Source of the DNA: Octopus vulgaris
Taxonomy: Eukaryota
NCBI GenBank assembly: GCA_951406725.2
Contig: OX597837.1
Location: forward strand, 8,618,001-8,682,000
Direction of reading: 5' to 3'
Length of the DNA: 64,000 nucleotides
The translations under genes were made by a program, and so were the position numbers. Under the pieces are notes generated by a model, which did no database searches, had not been told where the DNA came from, and was given only the letters and a program-made list of their open reading frames with translations. Positions 1-11,034 of the stretch are shown here, in pieces (position 1 is the first letter of the stretch; every line of letters begins with the position of its first letter).

Positions 1-53
1 CTCCCTAGCATTGCTTGACAACCGATGCTGGTGTGTTTACGTCCCCGTCACTT
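1..53 (+). mobile_element. Internal fragment of CORE-like tRNA SINE (family B)
   Basis: ATTGCTTGACAACCGATGCTGGTGTGTTTACGTCCCCGT matches the central segment of the full copy at 5658-6072. Confidence 0.8.
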
Positions 54-274
54 GTGCCTACAGTAAAAAAAAGTGTTGTTGACAGTACATGATCTGGATA
101 GAGGTGGTTCTGTGATGACGTAGTTTGGGGCTTTTATGCTGGGGATGATGGCGATAGGAACCACAGCAGTGGTGGTGGTGGTGGTGCTGGTGGTGATAGT
201 TGTATTAGTATTAGAAGTATATAATAAAAGTAAAAATATCAGAAACGAGAAGAGGAAGAGGACAAAGAAGACCA

Positions 275-435
275 AGTAGTAGTAGTAGTGGTAGCAGCAG
301 CAGCAGTAGTACTAGTAGCAACAGAAGTAGTAGTAACAGTAGTAGTAGTTGCAGCAGCAGCAGCAGTAGTAGTAGTAGTATTAGCAGTAGTAGCAGTAGT
401 AGTAGCAACAGTATTATTATTATTATTATTATTAT

Positions 436-521
<86 letters not shown>

Positions 522-735
522 AAAGGAAAATGAAGCAGAAAAGAATGGGATAAGGAGAAATAAATGAAGAAGGGAAAAGAAAGGGAAAGAAGAAGAAGAA
601 GAAGAAGAAGAAGAAGAAGAAGAAGAAGAAGAAGAAGAAGAAGAAGAAGAAGAAGAAGAAGAAGAAGAAGAAGAAGAAGAAGAAGAAGAAGAAGAAGAAG
701 AAGAAGAAGAAGAAGAAGAAGAAGAAGAAGAAGAC
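275..735. repeat. Compound trinucleotide microsatellites (AGT/AGC/ATT)n then (AAG)n
   Basis: Direct reading; these explain the poly-V/L/F ORFs. Confidence 0.97.
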
Positions 736-1299
736 GACGATGATGATGATGGTGATGGAGATGCTGAAGGAAAAGAAGATATGAAGATTAATGGCGTCTA
801 CTTTGAGTTTGAAACACAAATTTAAAAAAGTAAAATTAAATTGTAAGGAAGCTTATAAATATATCATAATTTTTCCTTAATAAAAATGGAACAACAAAAA
901 GCAAAGAAACCCCATATAACATGAAGAATAAAACCTAAAACCGATTAAATTGCTGCAACAAATCAAATAATTTCAAGAGAAAAACGAGAGAAAGCTGTAA
1001 TCTAATCTAGAACGATGGGAATAAATTCTGGTGAGATTTAAAAAGAATGAGAATATATTTCCTAATATTTTACGTGAAATTTATAGGAATTGAAATACTC
1101 CGGGCAACGAGACAAACTTCTTTCAAAATTCCACAGTTTGGGAAGAGAGTCCGACTGAATAGGTTCCAGGTTTTAAAAGGGAGGCTGTAGAAAGATTTAT
1201 TTGTATAATTCTTTGGAGGGTTTTGAAACCGTTCAAGGAACTACCTTGAAGGGTTTAAAACAGTGGTTCACAAAGTAGACAGTATTTCCCCTCTGGGGG

Positions 1300-1445
1300 C
1301 TGTGGATATTTCCCCAAGATATCTGTTGAAGGCTGGAGGGTATATCAGCCGAAATGTTGTGCTAACAACAAACAAAATGAGGACAAATATCCGTCAAATG
1401 CAAATAATGTACATAATTCCTCGTCTCTCAAATATAGAACTGTAT
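1300..1445 (+). mobile_element. Probable Penelope-like terminal fragment with decayed hammerhead core
   Basis: CTGTTGA-A-GGCTG...CAGCC-GAAA at 1323-1354: stem II intact, core one substitution from CTGATGA. Confidence 0.4.
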
Positions 1446-1523
1446 AGTCAGAAGGTAAACAGACAAAATACCGCCAAGCATTTTGGCTGGCACGATTCAG
1501 GTCAACGCTTTAGACCCACAATG

Positions 1524-2289
1524 AATATCGGTTTCAAGTTTTAGCACAAGGCCAGCAAATTCGAAGCAGGGATCAACTTGATTACATCGGCCACAGCGCT
1601 CGATAGGTACTTATTTCTTCGACCCCGAAAGTATGAAAGGTAAAAGTGCAATCAATGCAATTTGAACTCTGAACATAAAGACAGATAAAATGCCGCTAAG
1701 TATTTGGGTTTGGTGTGCTAAAGATTCTTTTCTTTTCTACTCTAGGCACAAGAACCTAAATGTTGGGGGAAGGGGCAGGTCGATAAGATCGACCCGAGGA
1801 CGCAACTAGTAATTAATTTATCGATCTCGAAAGGATAAAAGGTAAAGTCGACTTCGGCGAAATTTGTACTCAGAGCGAAACGAAACACGAAATACCTATT
1901 TCTTTACTAGTCACAAGGGGCTAAACACCAAGGACAAACAAACGAATTAAGTCGATATTATCGACCCCAGTGCGTAACTAGTACATAATTTATCGACCCC
2001 GAAAGGATGAAAGGCAAAGTCGACCTCGGCGGAATTTGAACTCAGAACGTAACAGCAGACCAAATACGGCTACACATTTCGCCCGGCGTGCTAACATTTC
2101 TGCCAGCACGCCACCTTAAAGAATCTTTTCTACACTAGGCACAAAACCCGAATTTTCGGGGAGGGGGCCAGTCTATTAAATCGACGAAGATACGCGACTG
2201 GTATTTAATTTATCGACCCCGAAAGCATGAAAGGCAAGGTTGACCTCGGCGGATTGTAAACTCAGAACGCCAGCTCGCCGCCCGCCTTA
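1524..2289 (-). mobile_element. Cluster of four family-A tRNA SINE copies (Meta/MESC-like core) with three different tails
   Basis: Repeated TCGACCCCGAAAGGATGAAAGGCAAAGTCGACCTCGGCGGAATTTGAACTC core at ~1620, ~1820, ~1993 and ~2213; B-box-like GAGTTCAAATT on minus strand. Confidence 0.85.
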
Positions 2290-2914
2290 GAGACAATAAA
2301 CATCGCAAGGCAATTTTGTCGTACTCTTTAACGTTTTCGCCAATGCGCCATTTATACAGAAATGCACTGAAATAAACCAAAATTAAAAGTATATAGAAAC
2401 AGATATTCGCTCACAAACGAGGATAATAATGTTAACATGATTAGAGCGCGATGTAGTAAACCTATAAATTAGAAAAATATGATGCGAGTGTGTGAAAGTT
2501 TATTTCGTTCTGGAACCAGACAAATAGAAATTCGTTACGACTGTACAATATCTAAAGCCAGATTATTAACCAAAGACAAGCTATCAAGATTAATTGTGAG
2601 AAATATGTGTGAAACAAGCTACCGATATGGACACAATAATATAACATAATAAAATTACATATATATATATATGCCTGTATAAATATGCCTATGTTTGTAT
2701 GTATAATTCAATTACCGTTTGCCAAATACACACTATATTAAATCGTGGAATTGATTGGCTGTTTTGTATATATTATATATAATATATTTCTATTGGTTAA
2801 GTGGCCTTCATATTTGTCAAATCGGAACTGACGGTAAAATTATATCTATTATGTATTACACCCAACCAGATCATTATTATGAAATTGTACATATTGATAT
2901 TGCAATATACAAAA

Positions 2915-2949
<35 letters not shown>

Positions 2950-2960
2950 TATAGACAGAC

Positions 2961-3004
<44 letters not shown>

Positions 3005-3060
3005 TGATAAATAGATAGATAAATAGATAGATAGACAGATAGATAGATTGATAGATACGT
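2915..3060. repeat. (GT)n + (GATA)n microsatellite
   Basis: Direct reading. Confidence 0.95.
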
Positions 3061-3191
3061 AGATAATTTGGTAGGTAGGTCGACTATTACATAAATAAAT
3101 ATAAATATTTGTATAGGAGAGTGTGTTTTTATGTGTGGTTATGTCTGTGTGTTAGTGTGTGTGTATGAGTATATATATATATATACATATA

Positions 3192-3440
3192 GGAAGGCGC
3201 GTAGCTTAGTGGTTAGGGTGCCAGCATCATAATCGTAAGCTTGTGATTTCGATTCCTGGACCGGGCGACGCGTTATGTTCTTGAGCAAAACACTTCATTT
3301 CACGTTGCTCCAGTCCACTCAGTTGGCAAAAATGAGTAACGCTGCGATGGAATAGCGTCTCGTCCAGCTGGGGAACACATACGCCATAGAAACCGGGAAA
3401 CCGAGCACATGAGTCTGGCTAAGCTTTAAAAGGGCGCATT

Positions 3441-3442
<2 letters not shown>
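3192..3442 (+). mobile_element. tRNA-derived SINE family C
   Basis: tRNA-like head GGCGCGTAGCTTAGTGGTTAGGG...TTCGATTCC, then TGTTCTTGAGCAAAACACTTCATTTCACGTTGCTCCAG shared with the copies at 34680 and 50489; flanked by (TA)n. Confidence 0.85.
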
Positions 3443-3477
<35 letters not shown>

Positions 3478-3480
<3 letters not shown>

Positions 3481-3587
3481 TTTATTTAAAGCAGCAGAAA
3501 ATTCAACAAAACCTGTTACTCTGAGTTCCCCGTTGCCGTTCATCGGACAGTTTTTTCCACCTTGTTTCACATTTATGTGTTTACTCC

Positions 3588-3590
<3 letters not shown>
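3478..3590 (-). mobile_element. Short (TA)n-embedded insert with damaged minimal hammerhead (Penelope-like end)
   Basis: Minus strand CTGT-CCGATGA-ACG GCAA CGG-GGAA-CTCAGAG-TA-ACAG: stem I CTGT/ACAG, GNRA-capped stem II, GTA triplet. Confidence 0.6.
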
Positions 3591-3629
<39 letters not shown>

Positions 3630-3699
3630 TGGTGCTATTAAGTTAGACATGGCCTGGAACAATCTTTGGTCGAAACATATCTAAGTTTATCTAAGTCTA

Positions 3700-3742
<43 letters not shown>

Positions 3743-3913
3743 TGGGTTATGTTTTTCACTGTTTGATTTGCCTAATAGTGGTTTTATCTCTAATTTAATA
3801 TAATATAATATATTTATACTATAAAATTGGATTTAATCCTAAATCTAATTTTTCCCTGTAAGTTTGGATTTATTCCCTAATATTATTATTATTATTATAC
3901 ATACATATATATA

Positions 3914-5561
3914 CACTTGCGTCAGAAATTAATTAGCACTTCTCAAATTTCTACATTTTCTTACATTTTCTTAACTTATTCAGAAACGAACACGTTTTTA
4001 ATCAAAAATTTATTAAAACATATCCCAGCATACCACATAATTGTTATTAATCGTGAAATTTAGTCAATATCTTGTTGCTCCTCCTTTGGCAGCAATGATA
4101 GCTGCTACGTGGGCCGGCATGCTGTCTATGAGTGCCTGCAGGTACTGTGCAGGGATGGCCCTCCATGCAGCAAGAAGTGCCCCAAACAGCTCGTGTCGGT
4201 TCCTGTATTGCTGCACATTCAAATCCCTACCCAATCGACTCCAGAGAGGTTCTCAGGTGAGGGTTCAGGGTCAGACCGTCATGGTCCTTGAAGAAACCGG
4301 TTGTGAGCTTGGCTGTGTGGGAAGGCGCGTTGTCCTGCTGGAGCACGTACTCCTCGCCACCAAAGAGGTATCCCGCTGAGGGTAGGGCAGCATTCCGTAC
4401 TATCTCAACGTACTTTGCTGCGTTAATGTTGCCTTCGACAGCATAGAGCCGCCCAACACCACTGTAGCTGAACGCCCCCCACACCATCAGACAACCCCTA
4501 CCATGCTTCATGGTGGGAGCAATGCAGTCTTTGTTGAAGCGCTCACCCCTGCGGCGTCGCACATGGACAGGCTTGTCACTGACGAGACTGAATCGCGACT
4601 TGTCAGTGAACATCACTGTCCGCCACTGCTGCACGGTCCATGTCTTGTGGGCACGGGCCCAGACCAGCCGCCTCTTCCGGTTTTGAGCTGTAAGACCAGC
4701 TTCCAGTAATCTCGTATTGACGGTGGTTGTAGACAACTGCTTCCCTGTCACCTTTTGCATCTCCTCCGCCAGTTGCCGGCTCGTTGCCATTCGGTTGTTC
4801 AGTGACTTTCGGATCAGCATCCGGTCCTCCCGCTGGGTCGTCAGCCTCTTCTGTCCCCTACCCTTTTTGTCAGCTGCTGATCCGGTTTCCTCGTATTTCT
4901 TAAATAAGCACTGAATTGTGCGCCTGGCTACACCAAGTTTTCTGGCTATTGCAGTCTCTGACAGCTTGCCACGCTACGTGAGAGCCTCGTACCGTCTCTC
5001 CAAGGTCATGCAAGGTCTTGGGCCCATTTAGGAATGAATGATAAAAAACAGTTATTTTCATTAAAACTATTCATTTGAATAATGTTATGCTATAACAAAA
5101 CTGCTATGAGTTATTATTCATTAAACAAAAAAGAAAGAAAGCAGAATTTCTCACCTTATTTGATGTATAACAGGGAAGTGATGTCACGAAGCAGAGTGTA
5201 GGAGAATTTGTGAGGAAAAAAAATCTTGCAAATACACAAATCAATTAACCTACAAGCTGTTCAAAATGTCTTACGCGATGAGAAAACTTAGTACGGTGTG
5301 ATTTCGGTCCTTGCAAGGCGCTACCTATATCTATTAAACAAAGGAAGATTTGTCTGCATCCGCACTCCAAGTTGTTGTTGCACTGCTATGTCAACATCAT
5401 TAGGCTGTAGACTTTCAAACCGCTCTGCAAACAAAGTTACGTCATCGTTCTGCGCAACAGTGAACTCGCAACAAAGCAATAGTTCGAGATATGGCCACTA
5501 GGTGACAGCACATACCTTGAGTGAAGAGCAAATCAAGGGTGCTAATTAATTTCTGACGGTA

Positions 5562-5564
<3 letters not shown>
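3914..5564 (-). mobile_element. Full-length Tc1-family DNA transposon (~1.65 kb)
   Basis: 26-bp TIRs 3914-3939 and 5539-5564 (CACTnnCGTCAGAAATTAATTAGCAC, 24/26 identical), TA on both sides, internal transposase. Confidence 0.95.
4064..5027 (-). pseudogene. Tc1 DDE transposase, inactivated
   Basis: ATG at 5027 (MGPRPCMTLERRYEALT*RGKLSETAIARKLGV, in-frame TAG), HTH region, VMFTDKSRF, MVWGAFS, QQDNAPSH, scrambled SPDLNPIENLW region, canonical end LIDSMPAHVAAIIAAKGGATRY* at 4064. Confidence 0.93.
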
Positions 5565-5649
<85 letters not shown>

Positions 5650-5657
5650 GTATGCAT

Positions 5658-6069
5658 CGCAGGAGTGGACATGTGGTAAGTAGCTTGTTTACCAACCACA
5701 TGGTTCCGGGTTCAGTCCCACTGCGTGGCACCTTGGGCAAGTGTCTTCTACTATAGCCTCGGGCCGACCAAAGCCTTGTGAGTGGATTTGGTAGACGGAA
5801 ACTGAAAGAAGCCCGGCGGATATATATGTATATATATGTGCCTGTGTGTTTGTGTGTCTGTCTTTGTCCCCCTAACATTGCTTGACAACCGATGCTGGTG
5901 TGTTTATGTCCCCGTTACTTAGCGGTTCGTCAAAAGAGACCGGTAGAATAAGTACTGGGCTTACAAAAAAAAGAATAAGTCCCGTGGTCGAGTTGCTCGA
6001 TTAAAGGCGGTGCTCCAGCATGGCCGCAGTCAAATGACTGAAACAAGTAAAAGAGTAAATGAGTAAAGA

Positions 6070-6072
<3 letters not shown>
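5658..6072 (+). mobile_element. Full-length CORE-like tRNA SINE (family B) with internal TA/TG tract
   Basis: tRNA-like head, CORE-like CACCTTGGGCAAGTG, internal microsatellite, tail GGCGGTGCTCCAGCATGGCCGCAGTCAAATGACTGAAAC + (AAGAGTA)-like repeats. Confidence 0.9.
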
Positions 6073-6126
<54 letters not shown>

Positions 6127-6155
6127 CGAGAAAGAAGCAACAAGAATGGATTAGT

Positions 6156-6246
6156 TTTTAGTACAATTGTTTCATACAAAGACAGGCTTTATTACAAGTT
6201 GCAAAAATTGCAGCAGATAAAAGTGTCCCGTACTCATCAGCTAAAA
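6156..6246 (-). ncRNA. Type-I hammerhead ribozyme fold with canonical core (within ~6127-6510 insert)
   Basis: Minus strand TTTTAG-CTGATGA-GTAC...GTAT-GAAA-CAATTG-TA-CTAAAA: 6-bp stem I, long stem II, palindromic stem III, GTA triplet. Confidence 0.8.
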
Positions 6247-6647
6247 TACATATGAGTTCTCTAGATATCTTAGTGGGTGAGGTTATACTCATGAAATATT
6301 GGAGATAATTCCATTAGAGGCAGATATAGGTTGTAAACAGTTTTCCAAAGTTCCTTAATGATGATGTACAGTCTTATCACAAATTTTAAAAAACTTATTA
6401 GTTTCGAAGAGAAGATGAATCAATCCATAGTGTAGATTTAAATTTCCAGAGATATGAGGAGGAGGATGCACAGACTTATCGCAGGTTTTTAAAGACTTAT
6501 TAGCATCACAGAAAAGGTAGATACACACACACACACATACATATATAACATAGATAAATATTTATATACGTACATATTTTGGGGATATATACACCCATGG
6601 GTAGATGTGTGTCTTACTGCTGACGCTTCAGCTATTACATCTGCCTA

Positions 6648-6782
<135 letters not shown>

Positions 6783-6783
6783 A

Positions 6784-7100
6784 GGCGGCGAACTGGCAGA
6801 AACGTTAGAACGCCGGGCGAAATGCTTAGCAATATTTCGTCTACCTTTACGTTCTGAGTTCAAATTCCGCTGAGGCCGACTTTGCCTTTCATCCTTTCGA
6901 GTTAGATTAAATATGTACCAGTTATGCACTGGGATCGATCTAAGTATCAGTTGTGTTTACGTCCCCGTAACTTAGATAGAATGAGTACTAGGCTTACAAA
7001 AAATAAAACCTGGGGTCGATTTCTTCGACTAAAGCCGGTGCTCCAGCATGGCTGCAGTCAAATGACTGAAGCAAGTAAAAGAGTAAAGTGAGCAAAGAGT
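6784..7100 (+). mobile_element. Chimeric SINE: family-A head/core joined to family-B tail
   Basis: GGCGGCGAACTGGCAGAAACG head and CCTTTCATCCTTTCG core, switching near 6950 to GTGTTTACGTCCCCGTAACTTAG...CAGTCAAATGACTG. Confidence 0.8.
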
Positions 7101-7656
7101 ATGGTTTATGAGTAATATTTATTTTGCAACAGAATTACAAGAGAACATTGTAACACAGAAACATTTCAGGATTAGCATAATGTATAGCATTGCCACAGGG
7201 TCATACCTCGGTACTAATAGTAGAGATTTAATGATTTTGAGTCTTAGTTACAGCGGAGGAGAATTGTGAAGATTGCAATCGTTACCATCGTGAAATTTTA
7301 TTAATTTTGTAAATTATGAATGGATGACGTTAGCAAAGCGTCTGTCAATCTATTCAAAGAGTTGGATCGAGGCAGATAGGAATCTTGGTTTAGCAAATTT
7401 CCTCGATTTAACTAAAAACTTTCGTACTTGTAAATATTGCTTTTATAATGAATCGAGCGCTATCTGGCAGAATGTTACCGTCAATTCTAAACGTCTCATA
7501 ATGATACTGAAAGGGCCAGTTAATATGATTAATACGCACATATCTGGCTTATTCTGTGACGGGAAGCCCTTTACATCGCGCCGTTTATTAATACAGTGAC
7601 GCGTTGAAATACACACAGCATACTACACTACCTTCACGGAGGAATAAAACGCCTGA

Positions 7657-8065
7657 GGGATCATTTCGGTTTAAACGGCAGTTTTTTCTAGCGTTGTCAT
7701 ATGAAATTGTCACCCATAATTATGACCCTAGTATCGATCTATTGCATTTCAATCTGTTTTAGGGGTGGGGGAAGGGTATCTTATTTTCTTCACAAATGTC
7801 AATAAACCCAATCTGTTTCTTAAACGAGGGACATATTCATGCGGCACAGAATGTTTTTTTTTTTACCTCAATAGACGTCATTAATTGGTTGAAATTGCAG
7901 AAATTGAAGAAAAAACAACAAATATTTTACAAATAATAGAATTTTCTCAATAAAGCTAAGAGAAAAAGATGAATTATAAACACATTCTTCCAGTATACGA
8001 AGTTTAAAAGTGTTTAGTTACGTGGAAATTATTTTTAAAAACTGCCGTTCAAAACGAAATATCCC
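7657..8065. mobile_element. MITE with ~29-bp TIRs and probable 6-bp TSD
   Basis: Left GGGATCATTTCGGTTTAAACGGCAGTTTT vs reverse complement of right end GGGATATTTCGTTTTGAACGGCAGTTTT; flanks GCCTGA / GTCTGA. Confidence 0.85.
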
Positions 8066-8113
8066 GTCTGAGACTGTCACATCACAAGCATTCCAGTTCC
8101 TATTGAATATAAT

Positions 8114-8506
8114 CTTTTATCTTTTACTTGTTTCTGTCATTAGACTGTGGCCACGGTGGAGCAACGCCATGAAAAATCTTATTTGAATGAATCCACCCCA
8201 GTACTTTGTACTTTCATGCCAGGTACTTATTTTATCGATCTCTAGGTGATTATTCAATTTGCAAGAAATCATGTCCTCGCTAAGCTGAGGGGACATAAAC
8301 GTCCCAGCACCGGTTGTTAAGTGGTGGTAGAGGGATAGCATAGTCATAAACGCAAACACACACGGATGTAAATAATCCACGCATAAGGGTTTGGTAGACT
8401 CGAGGCTATAGAAGAAGACATTTGCTCAAAATGTCACGCATTAGGATTGAACCCAGAACAATGTGGGCGGCAAGCAAACTTCTTACCACACAGCCACACC
8501 TGCGTC
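8114..8506 (-). mobile_element. Diverged family-B SINE
   Basis: Tail TTACTTGTTTCTGTCATTAGACTGTGGCC and head CTTACCACACAGCCACACCTGCG recognisable. Confidence 0.8.
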
Positions 8507-9009
8507 TTTTAGGAAACACTTATCACGTCATGGACCGCTGGAAACACTTTTGAAGGTGCTCAATAACTTCAAGAGGAAAACTGTAATAAAATTCGATTGA
8601 AAGGTGCTACGGAAACCAGGCTTAACGCAAAACTAATACATTTAAATAATTTATATGGCATTTAGTGAACAATAGCGTCGGTGTTTGTAAATTTCCAGCC
8701 AGCTAATCAATTTTTCTTTCTTCCATTTCTGCTGCCGAAGTAAACTTGTGAAACACTCGAGCTAATGAATGCATTTTGCAACAACCAGTTTATCGCTGTT
8801 CTATTTACATATTTCGTAAAATAATGTCACATGTCCATCATGTGTGACATCACGTGTGATACTGAAAATTGTTTAGTAAATGCAGGAACGATTATATTAT
8901 AATAATGTAATAAGCTGAGTAAAACTCTTTTGCAGACGCGAAAATAAATAAGTACTATGTTTAGTTAACATAGGTATAATTCCAGAAATTTTAGAGGTTC
9001 GTATTAAGC

Positions 9010-9130
9010 GTTTACATCGACACAAGTGGTATTTATTTTATCGTCGCTCAAGGGATAAAAGCCAAAGTCGTCCGCGGCGGAATTTGAACTCAGAGCGTTA
9101 AGACAGACGAATGTCAACGGTTTTGCCAGC
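9010..9130 (-). mobile_element. Partial family-A SINE
   Basis: GCGGAATTTGAACTCAGAGCGT and decayed core. Confidence 0.65.
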
Positions 9131-9689
9131 TTTGTAATATTACAAAACGAGTCATATTTCATGTAAAAGTGAATTTTTTCACATTTTAAAACAAATGTCC
9201 ATTAAACGTATTTAGTTTCCCTGGGGAGATAAGTTTATTTCTAGCGAAGCTTTTATCAGCTGGATTTTTTTAATGCAGATAATTTTTGAGTGTTGAATGA
9301 TTACTATACCTACCGGCATATTGAAAGCTACTAACTTTTTATAACACGAAAGCTGTTAAATTTAAGTGTAAAATCTATGCCGATGTAAAGCAACTTCATT
9401 CGATCGATGGCGTGTGTCGCATAGAACGTGTTGCGATATTTGTTATAAATCTCAGCTACAGACTGAGTTGAAATTGCGACGAGGTGATCTTTTTGCAGAT
9501 GGGTAATAACAATCCTGCCCAGTTTTGATAGAACCATTGCCTTTCTGCCTACTTCGTTCTGGATGTTCCATAAAAATATGTGGTAAAATATAGTTTGAAG
9601 AGATTGGACATCGATGACCTCAGCTGGACGAGAATGGATGTGGACAGAAAGCCATATTTGACTTCGTTCGCATTTAGGTCATGGAATAT

Positions 9690-10021
9690 CGAGGTGACGC
9701 GAAGGTAGAATGGTAAACACCCCGGACGAATTTCGTTGCAGCATTTCGACCGTCTTTCCGTTCTGAATTCAAATTCAAATGCGGTCAACTTTGCTTTTTT
9801 ATGCTTTTGGGGTCAATAAAATCAGTACTATTTGAGAACTGGAGTCGATTTAATCGACTTGCTCGACGCTCTCGAAACTGCTGCCCCGGCACTAAAAATT
9901 GAAACTGTTATTATTATAATACGTGAGCTGGCAGAAGTGTTAACACGCCGGGCGAAATGCTTAGCGGTATTTCGTCTGCTGCTACGTTCTGAGTTCAAAT
10001 TCCGCCGAGGTCGACTTTGCT
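9690..10021 (+). mobile_element. Two family-A SINE pieces (diverged copy ~9690-9905; head ~9923-10021)
   Basis: GAGCTGGCAGAAG...GTTCTGAGTTCAAATTCCGCCGAGGTCGACTTTGC. Confidence 0.75.
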
Positions 10022-10201
10022 ACTGATTATACTTACGTTGCAGCTGTTACGTCTGCTGGTAGTGCCCCCTCTAAAAGTACCACTAATGATAACGTACAAC
10101 AATAGCGTTAAGAACTACAAGCTTAACAATGATTGTAACGGTAGTGATAATAGTTGTCATATTAATAACCATGAGTCTATTAATAATAATAATAATAAAA
10201 A

Positions 10202-10944
10202 AACAAAATAAAACCATTGATCATGTTGTCTCCAAGTGCAGTCTTCTAGCGCCTACAGAGTATCTCAACAGGCATGATAGACCTGCACAATATATTCACT
10301 GGGTAATTTTCAAAAACCTGGATTTGCCCCATGAAAAAGACTGGTGGGAACACAAACCACCTCCAGTGCTTGAAACTGACCTCATCTCACTCCTCTGGAA
10401 CTTCACCATTCAAACTGACAGAAAGATAGATGTAAATAGGCTAGACGTCATATTGAAAGACTTCAGACAAAGAACATGCCTCCTCATTGATATGACTGTC
10501 CCAATCGATATAAACGTATCTGTCAAGACCTACGAAAAACTGAGCAAATATAAAGATCTTGAAATAGAAATCAGCAAAGTGTGGAACCTGAAAACTAAAA
10601 CAATACCTGTTGTCATAGGTGTCCTGGGAATGATAGCAAAAGGGTTGATTGCTACGTAACTCAGATACCAGGAAACCCCAAAATGGCAGAAATTCAAAAG
10701 ATAGTGCTCATGGGAACTGTTCATATCCTACGCAAAATACTTTCTATGTAATCTCAGGGTTTAAAACAAACATAATTTTGGGGTTTTTTTTTGACATTCA
10801 CATGTACAACACAAAAAGACAAACAAACAAATATATGACACACTAAGCATAACAACAACATGAACTTCCAACCTGTTGTCTCTTGAGGTCTCTGGGTGAG
10901 ACTTGGAGCCAACTTGTACAAATATAATGCAAAAGTCAAACATA

Positions 10945-10945
<1 letters not shown>
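10202..10945 (+). mobile_element. 5'-truncated R4/Dong-type RLE LINE (endonuclease end + 3'UTR) in (TAA)n
   Basis: Highly similar to 57845-58602: TIDHVVSKC, RHD, LLIDMTVP, KYKDL; frameshift near 10645; ends CAAAAGTCAAACATAG followed by (AAT)n; TAA repeats also on the 5' side. Confidence 0.93.

Positions 10946-11034
<89 letters not shown>

Noticed and set aside
1524-2289. Regularly spaced repeats suggesting a CRISPR array
   Set aside because: The repeats are diverged SINE cores in eukaryotic DNA, the intervals are homologous, and there are no cas genes.
3192-3265. tRNA-like sequences here and at 20334, 50489 and 6784
   Set aside because: They are SINE heads continuing into repeat bodies, not complete cloverleaf tRNA genes.
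4041-4914. Plus-strand ORFs over the Tc1 element
   Set aside because: Antisense shadows of the transposase.
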